Below the pieces are notes generated by a model. That model saw only the letters and a program-made list of their open reading frames with translations, had not been told where the DNA came from and searched no databases. Below are positions 59,805 through 64,000 of a DNA stretch of 64,000 nucleotides, one piece after another. The stretch is from Armatimonadota bacterium. Lineage in GTDB: Bacteria > Armatimonadota > UBA5829 > DSUL01. The translations under genes were made by a program, and so were the position numbers. Where the stretch lies: positions 2,284,275 to 2,348,274 of the forward strand of contig JAXGLP010000001.1 of NCBI GenBank assembly GCA_040769165.1. The letters are read 5' to 3'. Position 1 is the first letter of the stretch; each line of letters begins with the position of its first letter.

Positions 59805-60602
59805 ATGAGACCATTGCGACGATACCTGAGACTCTACGCGACCTTCTTCCGCAACTGCCTCGTGCGCGAGATGGAGTTCCGGGGCAACTTCGCCGCCAAC
59901 GCATTCACTACCATCGCCTGGCTTTTCTACTATCTGTTCTTCATTGAGATTGTTTACTCGCACACGGACGCGGTAGCGGGATGGACGAAGGGGCAGTCGC
60001 TGATTCTGGCGGGCAGCTTCTCGCTTGCGTGGGGTCTGATGAACGCGCTTTTCACGCCGAACCTTTCGATGCTGCCGGAGTACATCCAGAAGGGCACGTT
60101 CGACCTGACTCTCACCAAGCCGGTGGACAGCCAGTTTCTTGCTTCGGCGCGCATCATCAACGTCGCGGAGTTCGCACGGGCACTGCTGTCGGTGTTTGTG
60201 GTTTTCTATGGAGTGCGGGTTCAGGGGTTGGCGCTGACGCTTCCGCTTGTCGCGGTCTATCTGGTGCTGCTGCTGTGCAGCCTGATGATCCTGTACGGGA
60301 TTGACAGCCTGATCATGACGCTTGCGTTCTGGCTCGTGCGGATCCGGAATCTGGACGCGGCGTTCTGGAGCATCAGCGTGACGGCGCGGTATCCGGTGGA
60401 CATCTTTCAGGGGGTGCTGCGCAAGGTACTGACTTTCTTCCTGCCGATGGCGTTCGTCGCGACGGTGCCCGCGCGCGGGCTTGCCGGGACGCTGGAGGTC
60501 TGGATGCTGCCCGCGGCGCTCGCTTTCGCGGCGGTTCTGATGACCGCAAGCCGTCTGCTGTGGCTGAAGGCCACAAGAATCTACTCGAGCGCCGGAGGAT
60601 GA
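59805..60602 (+). CDS. ABC-2 family transporter permease
   Basis: Six transmembrane segments, ABC-2/DUF990-like, first gene of a permease-ATPase-permease operon. Confidence 0.7.
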   Translation: MRPLRRYLRLYATFFRNCLVREMEFRGNFAANAFTTIAWLFYYLFFIEIVYSHTDAVAGWTKGQSLILAGSFSLAWGLMNALFTPNLSMLPEYIQKGTFDLTLTKPVDSQFLASARIINVAEFARALLSVFVVFYGVRVQGLALTLPLVAVYLVLLLCSLMILYGIDSLIMTLAFWLVRIRNLDAAFWSISVTARYPVDIFQGVLRKVLTFFLPMAFVATVPARGLAGTLEVWMLPAALAFAAVLMTASRLLWLKATRIYSSAGG

Positions 60603-60636
60603 ACAGCACGGCGCGCGAGACAGGGGGCCGACTGCA

Positions 60637-61644
60637 TTGCCCGTAATCCTTGCCGAAGATCTGACCCGTGTTTTCGTCTCGCATCAGCGCAAGCCGGGGA
60701 TAGCCGGCGCGGCGATCAGCCTCTTTTCGCGCCAGAAGAAGGAAGTGCTCGCCGCCGACCGCGTGAATGTGAAGGTGGAGGCGGGGGAGCTTGTCGGGTT
60801 TCTTGGCCCGAATGGCGCGGGCAAGACAACGACGCTGAAGATGCTTTCGGGGATTCTGTTCCCCACGTCCGGCAGGGCCGAGGTGCTCGGGTTCACCCCA
60901 TGGGAGCGGCGCAACGGCTTCAAGCGGCAGTTTTCGCTCGTCATGGGGCAGAAGAACCAGCTCTGGTGGGACCTGCCCGCCGAGGAGTCGTTTCTGCTGC
61001 TTAAGGAGCTGTACGAGATTCCAGCCCCGGACTACCGCCAGCGCGTCAAGACCATGACCGAACTCTTGGAGATAGACCACCTGCTCGGCCAGCAGGTGCG
61101 GAAGCTCTCTCTGGGAGAGCGGATGAAGTGCGAGCTGGTGGCGGCACTGCTGCACCGGCCGCGGGTGGTGTTTCTGGACGAGCCGACGATAGGGCTGGAC
61201 GTTGTCTCGCAGAAGCGCATCCGCGAGTTCATCAGCATGACCAACCGTCAGGAAGGCTCGACGATCATTCTGACCAGCCACTACATGGATGACGTGCGGG
61301 CGCTGTGCGACCGGGTGGTGATTATTGACCACGGGCGGGTGATCTTCGACGACTCGCTGGGGCGGCTGGTGGCGCAGTTCACCGACACGAAGCAGCTCAG
61401 GCTGACCTTTCATTCGCCCGTCGCCGCCGGGGACCTGGAGCCTTTCGGGCGGGTTACGGAGCGGGAGGATCTGTCGGCGGCGCTCGAGATAAAGCGCGAC
61501 GAGGCTCCGCGGGTGGCGGCTGCCCTGCTCGCCAGACTGCCGGTCATGGACATCGAGATTACCGACCCGGACATTCAGGACGTGATCCGCGACATCTTCC
61601 AGCGCAAGCCAGACCTGGAACCCCAGCCGCGGGAGGGGCCGTAG
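60637..61644 (+). CDS. ABC transporter ATP-binding protein
   Basis: Walker A GPNGAGKTT, signature LSLGERMKCELVAAL, Walker B VFLDEPTIGLD. Confidence 0.9.
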   Translation: MPVILAEDLTRVFVSHQRKPGIAGAAISLFSRQKKEVLAADRVNVKVEAGELVGFLGPNGAGKTTTLKMLSGILFPTSGRAEVLGFTPWERRNGFKRQFSLVMGQKNQLWWDLPAEESFLLLKELYEIPAPDYRQRVKTMTELLEIDHLLGQQVRKLSLGERMKCELVAALLHRPRVVFLDEPTIGLDVVSQKRIREFISMTNRQEGSTIILTSHYMDDVRALCDRVVIIDHGRVIFDDSLGRLVAQFTDTKQLRLTFHSPVAAGDLEPFGRVTEREDLSAALEIKRDEAPRVAAALLARLPVMDIEITDPDIQDVIRDIFQRKPDLEPQPREGP

Positions 61645-61647
61645 CGC

Positions 61648-62457
61648 ATGGCCGCTCGAGCTTCCGCGCTTCGCAAGTGCCGCGCGGTCTTCAGCCTGCA
61701 CATTCAGGATTCGTTCGCCTACCGCGCGCAGGGGATCATCTGGATCATAAGCGACACGGTGCCGACGATTACGCTGCCGCTGATGTGGCTGGCGGCTTTC
61801 GGCGCGCGGACGACGCTGAACGGGTTCACGAAAACCGAGCTGGTGGCGTACTATCTCGCGATGGCGGTCTGCACGAATCTGGTGAACGCGCACCCGTGGG
61901 AGATAGCGCACGACATCAAGGAGGGGCGGCTTTCGATCTACCTCACGCGCCCGTTTTCGTATTACTGGTTCATCTTCGCGAGCAATCTTTCGTGGAGGCT
62001 GGTGCGTACGGTGCTCTTCGTTCCGTTCTTCGCGCTGATTCTGATTATCTTCCGCAGCTATCTCGTGTGGGCCGACTACAACATCGGCGCGGACTTCTGG
62101 CTGTCGCTGACGCTGGCGCATCTGCTGAGCTATCAGATAGCCTGGACGCTGGGGCTGATGGCGTTCTACTTGATAGAGGTGGGCGGGCTGTACGAGTTCT
62201 ACTATATGATCGGTGGTTTTCTGGCGGGGCAGATGGCGCCGCTTCAGATGCTTCCGGCGGCTGTCCGCGAGCTTTCGCAGGCGCTGCCGTTTGCGTATGT
62301 GCTGTGGTTTCCCGTGCAGGTGTTTCTGGGGAAGGCCAGCCGGGAGGCGTTGGTAAGCGGGCTCTGGCATCAGGTATTCTGGATTGCGGCCCTTGCGATA
62401 GGGGCGCACTTTCTGTGGCGCGCGGGGCTGAAGAGGTACACCGCCGTCGGGATATGA
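61648..62457 (+). CDS. ABC-2 family transporter permease (second)
   Basis: Polytopic membrane protein immediately after the ATPase. Paralogous to 59805..60602. Confidence 0.7.
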   Translation: MAARASALRKCRAVFSLHIQDSFAYRAQGIIWIISDTVPTITLPLMWLAAFGARTTLNGFTKTELVAYYLAMAVCTNLVNAHPWEIAHDIKEGRLSIYLTRPFSYYWFIFASNLSWRLVRTVLFVPFFALILIIFRSYLVWADYNIGADFWLSLTLAHLLSYQIAWTLGLMAFYLIEVGGLYEFYYMIGGFLAGQMAPLQMLPAAVRELSQALPFAYVLWFPVQVFLGKASREALVSGLWHQVFWIAALAIGAHFLWRAGLKRYTAVGI

Positions 62458-62479
62458 GGGCGGAGGCGAATAACGGGGG

Positions 62480-63868
62480 ATGATTTTGAGCGACAGGACA
62501 GAGACGATTGCGCGGCTGGAAGAACAACTGAACTCGTTCGACGCGCGGGTGCGCAGCGACGCGCTGGGCGTGCTTCTCAGGCTGGCTTCGCGGGGCGAGA
62601 TCGCCCTGCCCGCGCCCAAGCCCGAGGTGAACCTTCACTTCCACACGTTCTTCAGCTACAACGCGCACGGATGGTCGCCGAGCCGGGTAGCGTGGGAGGC
62701 GCGCAAGTACGGGCTGGAGGCCGCCGGCAAGGTGGACTTCGATGTTCTGGACGGTATGGAGGAGTTTCTGGAAGCGGCGGAGCTTCTGGGGCTCAAGGCG
62801 GTCGCGGGGCTCGAGACCCGCGTGTTCGTGAAAGAGTACGCGGCAAAGGTGATCAACTCGCCCGGCGAGCCGGGGATCGCCTACTTTATGGCGGCCGGAT
62901 GCTACAGGAGGCCGGACGAAGCAAGCGAGGGGGAGGCGAGAATCACGCTCTTGAGCCTCGCGGCCACCGCCAGAAAGCGGAACGAAGAGCTGATGTCCCG
63001 GGTCAACGCCTACCTGGACCCGGTGAAGCTGGACTACGCCAACGACGTGCTGCCCCTGACTCCGTCGGGCAACGCGACCGAGCGGCATCTGCTTGCGGCG
63101 TATGACAGGCGGGCGCGGGAGGTCTTCCCGGACGAGGCGGCGCTGGCCAGGTTCTGGGGAGAGAAGCTCGAAGCTTCGCCCGAGCAGGCGCTGGCTCTGG
63201 TGCGGGACGCTGTGAAGCTGCAGGAGCAGATCCGCTCGAAGCTGATGAAGTCGGGCGGGGTGGCTTATGTGAAGCCCGACAGCGGCAGCTTCCCGGCGCT
63301 AGAGTCGGTGATCGGGATGGCGAAGGCCATCGGCGCGATTCCGTGCGCCACCTGGCTGGACGGAACCAACGCCGGCGAGGAGGACATGGACGAGATGTTC
63401 GCCCTGCTCGTCTCGAAGGGCGTGGCGGCGGCGAACGTGATTCCCGACCGCAACTGGAACATCGCCGACCCGGACCAGAAGGCGCTGAAGCTCAGACGGC
63501 TGGACGAGATGGTGCAGGCGGCGCGCAAGCATCATCTGCCTCTGTGCGTCGGAACCGAGATGAACAAGCTGGGGCTGCCGTTCGTGGACAGCTTCTCGGC
63601 GCCGGAGCTTCAGCCGTATCTGAAGGACTTCATGGACGGAGCGCACTTCTTCTGGGGACACACGATGCTCTCGCTGGCAGCCGACTATGGCTACCAGTGC
63701 CCACAGGTCGAGGACGCGTTCGGCAAGGCGCGCGTGAGAAAGAACAAGTTCTTCACGCTCGCCGGGCGGCTGCCGATGCTTCCGCCGGAGAAGCTGGCGG
63801 AGATCCGGGAGCACGAGATGGGTCCCGAGCACCTCTACGCCTGGCTGCGAAAAGCGGCACAGGGCTAG
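62480..63868 (+). CDS. PHP-domain (polymerase/histidinol-phosphatase-like) metal-dependent phosphoesterase, hypothetical
   Basis: VNLHFHTFFSYNAHG is the PHP motif I (HxH). 462 aa. Confidence 0.5.
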   Translation: MILSDRTETIARLEEQLNSFDARVRSDALGVLLRLASRGEIALPAPKPEVNLHFHTFFSYNAHGWSPSRVAWEARKYGLEAAGKVDFDVLDGMEEFLEAAELLGLKAVAGLETRVFVKEYAAKVINSPGEPGIAYFMAAGCYRRPDEASEGEARITLLSLAATARKRNEELMSRVNAYLDPVKLDYANDVLPLTPSGNATERHLLAAYDRRAREVFPDEAALARFWGEKLEASPEQALALVRDAVKLQEQIRSKLMKSGGVAYVKPDSGSFPALESVIGMAKAIGAIPCATWLDGTNAGEEDMDEMFALLVSKGVAAANVIPDRNWNIADPDQKALKLRRLDEMVQAARKHHLPLCVGTEMNKLGLPFVDSFSAPELQPYLKDFMDGAHFFWGHTMLSLAADYGYQCPQVEDAFGKARVRKNKFFTLAGRLPMLPPEKLAEIREHEMGPEHLYAWLRKAAQG

Positions 63869-64000
63869 GAATCACGCGGCGTCGAGATGCCGCCCGGCGC
63901 TCTCGGCGATTCGGCTGATCTCGCGAGCCAGGCCGGCGGGCAGCGGCTCGGGCCGGTGCGACTTCAGGATATCTTCCTTCCTTGCCCGGCACCGGTCTTC

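Noticed and set aside
60373-62619. 748-aa minus-strand ORF
   Set aside because: Antisense to the ABC ATPase and permease genes. Arg/Pro/Gln-rich with no motifs.

Overview
High-GC (~68%) bacterial chromosome segment, probably from a diderm organism (Mla lipid-transport genes; Firmicutes-like tmk-darA-holB and dnaK-dnaJ-prmA-rsmE synteny).

Gene content from left to right, all on the minus strand unless noted:
- A purine-biosynthesis operon, purD-purB-purS-purQ-purL-purF (purF runs off the window start).
- dnaB and rplI.
- An mlaE-mlaF-mlaD ABC lipid-transport operon.
- A complete type I-C CRISPR-Cas locus on the plus strand: cas3-cas5c-[cas8c]-cas7c-cas4-cas1-cas2, followed by an 89-repeat / 88-spacer array of a 37-bp repeat.
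- A carbohydrate-active cluster: a 1588-aa secreted clan GH-A enzyme, GH130, a REC-PilZ regulator behind a sigma-54 promoter motif, a UbiA prenyltransferase, GT4, GH10, an AmpG-like MFS permease and an SSF symporter.
- Thiamine pyrophosphokinase, tRNA-Met(CAU), a proline-rich repeat protein, holB, darA, tmk and an R3H-AAA ATPase.
- rsmE, prmA, dnaJ, dnaK and an rpoZ-like gene.
- Assorted metabolic genes, sodA, an ABC-2 exporter and a PHP-domain protein.

The most unusual observations concern the CRISPR-Cas island:
- cas8c is not an intact reading frame. It is split over five or more frames and contains a low-GC block. cas7c carries a ~110-bp out-of-frame segment.
- The whole cas3-to-array cassette (14.7 kb) is bracketed by ~57-bp imperfect direct repeats. 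The left copy lies next to a (TTGCTGG)7 microsatellite and an 8-bp-arm palindrome just upstream of cas3.

Other oddities:
- An RNA-polymerase-omega-like protein with a long acidic repeat tail sits in the grpE slot upstream of dnaK.
- An MlaD homologue has a beta-signal-like C-terminal extension.
- There are several tandem-repeat tracts.

All calls rest on reading the six-frame translations and the DNA by eye. No database searches were run.
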